Source of the DNA: Psammoneis japonica
Taxonomy: Eukaryota
Direction of reading: 5' to 3'
DNA: 64,000 bases
NCBI GenBank assembly: GCA_008632985.1
Contig: QPGO01000096.1
Location: forward strand, 1 to 64,000
Shown: positions 61,455 through 64,000 of the stretch, one piece after another
How positions within the stretch are numbered: the first letter of the stretch is position 1
How the letters are laid out: each line of letters opens with the position of its first letter
Notes under the pieces: generated by a model
Databases searched by the model: none
What the model saw: only the letters and a program-made list of their open reading frames with translations
What the model was told of the DNA's origin: nothing
Translations under genes and position numbers: made by a program

Positions 61455-64000
61455 GTCAAAAGTCACACAACGGAAAAAAATGAAGGAGCTGCCAAACGGT
61501 GGGCGGCCACGTGGTCCCTTGAAGAAGAGAGGAGGACGCCGAGGAAGGAACAGGGCCCTAGAGCGAGAAGGACCAACTCTTCGGTCCTCACCAACACAAA
61601 ATTCAACAAAACCTGCGGTGATCTGTGCACCACCAAAAAACCCGGGCTGAGAGGAGACGTTGCATGTGGCTGGCATTTAAAAACATCGGCACAGGAGATT
61701 TGCCAACAACAAAGAAGAAAAGACCACAAGAACAAGAGCATTTTCAGAAATGTCCAAGAAAAGAGCATTGGTGTGTTTTGCATGAACAAAACTCACTGGT
61801 TCTGGAGAACCACACCGCAGCGCATGACAAATGACCTGTGCAAGATGCTCAACATCTGTGGGCTCTCTGGGAACTGCCACCCAATGTCTCTGCTGCCTGC
61901 AAAACACATGCACAATGAGCGCTCATTCTCCTGCTGCCAACCAGGATGCATGATGATCATGGCTGTCAAGCAAGCCAGCCACCAAGTTGTTTCCAAAGGC
62001 AACAATCCACCCGGCATTGGATGCTGGGCTTGGGCATGACTTTCTTGAGGGGAAGGTGTGAGCGATGCTGTGCATCATCACAGCAGCATGTTGGCCAGCC
62101 ACCCTGCATGAGGCCAGCAATTGGGCGCCAGGACAGTCCACACCAAACAATGATGCCATCTGGAAGACAATGATGAAAATCACTGTCCAAGAGCAGCTTT
62201 GCTCAAGGATGTTGCACAAGAGATGTTGCCAAACTGGATCCAGAGGGTGGCAACCAAGCAATCCTCACTGGCAATGTCAACAAGGAGTGTGTTTGCTCTG
62301 AAGAAACCACCAAGGCATTTGAAGGAGCAGTGCAGCCAAAATTTTTTTGTCAGAGAGATGCAGCAAAGACACACTCCTTGCCATGTGAGCTGCAGGATCA
62401 GAGCCCATCAATGAAGTGTGGCCACAAGAGGCATTGCCGTCAAACAAGGCAGCTTTCTCCCAATCATCAATGGAGTCAGAGGGTCAGAAAACTGTGCAGC
62501 CTGCTGGATTGACATTTCTTGCCAGACTGCTTTTGGCACTCTGCCACCTGAAGTGGAAAGTGACCCAGCCCCGTGCACAAAACTCAACAATCTGAAAGTT
62601 GTGGACAGATTGCCTTCAACAAGCTTCACAAGGAACGTGCACTGGAGCACAATCTCTCCACAGCATCAGGGACAAAAAACAAGTGTGACCTGTCCTCCAA
62701 CCAAGCCACAGACCAACAAGTGGGAAGCACTCAACTGTTGTCAAGCAGACAGTGTGTGGAAAGCCATTGGCAAATCCAGAAAATTGTGAATGGGTGGAAG
62801 GCCATGGTCTCCCAAACTCAAACATGCACCCAAGAGAATTGATCTGCATCTGCCTCTTGCCAGGAAGAAGCCAGCATCAGCTCCAGCAGAGCATGCACAT
62901 TTTGTTGGGGTGGTTCTGGTGTGTTTGACTGTGCAAGGGGGGGTGGAGACAGTGACAATTTTTTTGCCACAGATGGATGGCTGGCTGCTGCAATTGTTCA
63001 CAAGCTGAATCATGCTGCAGCACTTCATCATTCTTTCATGTGCACGAGACTTCAAAGGTGCCAACAGAGACAGAGGCTCCCAAAATGACATTTGTGGCAA
63101 GCATCTGTCAGATGGTCTCACCCCATTGGGCATCATGTGCATCAACATGGGATGGCTCAGGAGCATGTCCAAAAGGTTGGAGATTGCCATGACCAGCTCA
63201 GCAATGTCAAATTCATCCATGATGCACATGTCAAACCCAAAATGCCACAAGCCCAATTGTCTTGTGTTGCAGCACAATTTGGAGTGTGCAAGACTGCAGA
63301 GACATCAAAAGAGACAGCCCCCCCAAGATGGCAGCATTTCCTGCAAGCATCTGTTGGATGGTCTCAGGTGAGCATGACATTGCCAAAACCAGCACACCAA
63401 CAACATGGGATGATCCAGTGTGTCCAAACAAAGGTGCAAGATTGCCATGACCAGTGGCGAGGCGGGCAACTCAAAATCCATTTGGTTGTCATGCCATTGT
63501 GCATCGTGTGTTGCGCCATTGTTTGTGATGGCATGTTTTTGTGGAGAGCATGAAAAAGAACCAACCAATGGTGGCATGTGTGCCTTCATGAACCAAGGAC
63601 AAGTGCCAGCCCAAAAACCAAAAACATGGTGAAGGCAGAGAGCACCTGCATTTTAGAAACCTTGATTGTGACAAGAGATGCGCCAAAGTGCTTGCCCCAT
63701 GTGGAGCCACCTGGTGTGAACCTTTGATTGATGAAACATGAGGTGGATGCACAGATGGCTGGTGTCAACAGGGCAACAGTTGGAGGAACAGGCCACTGCC
63801 ACTGACGCAGGAGATGGCTTTGAGGAGGAGAGAGCAGTTTTGGTGGGGTCTGTTTGACAAGCACTGTTGCTGACAGCCAACACATCTCCAGCAAAAGTGT
63901 TTGCATCATCATTCAGTGATGGGACAGAGTGATGGAATTGTGCTGCAGGCATGACTGATCAAGAGGAGCTGTGGGAGAAGCTGTTGCTGCAGAAGGAGAA
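61455..64000. mobile_element. TpA/CpG-depleted island F (runs off the window end)
   Basis: By eye, only 2 TA in 61562-64000 (61678, 63654) and about 10 CG in 62100-64000. Dense Tyr-free ORFs in all frames. Confidence 0.55.

Noticed and set aside
1..64000. tRNA or rRNA genes
   Set aside because: None recognised by eye. A covariance-model scan would be needed to exclude them.

Overview
Gene-dense eukaryotic nuclear DNA, most likely from a diatom or related ochrophyte: it has short (about 80-100 bp) GT-AG introns and several bipartite plastid presequences with ASAFAP-type motifs. About 20 protein genes are recognisable. They include agmatine deiminase, plastid RF3, homoserine kinase, bL9, TtcA, protoporphyrinogen oxidase, two nucleotide-sugar transporter domains, an amino-acid transporter, ankyrin-like paralogues, an NB-ARC-TPR (NLR-like) protein and a TRIAP1/Mdm35-like protein. 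Many are broken by single-base frameshifts that look like assembly errors. The most striking signal is a set of sharply bounded islands (about 1.4-2.2, 10.0-14.15, 26.5-32.5, 34.3-35.35 and 61.5-64 kb) in which TpA is almost erased and TpG/CpA is abundant. In the older islands CpG is also depleted. The few surviving TpA sites in the island cores all lie in TTTA/TAAA contexts. This is the opposite of fungal RIP and suggests a targeted TpA->TpG/CpA hypermutation process acting on transposon-like DNA. The second highlight is an intact, intronless ORF of about 1,540 codons fusing a nucleotide-sugar transporter, LicD, a GT71-like region, GDPD and a beta-lactamase-like domain. All counts are by eye and all domain calls come from motif recognition, not database searches.
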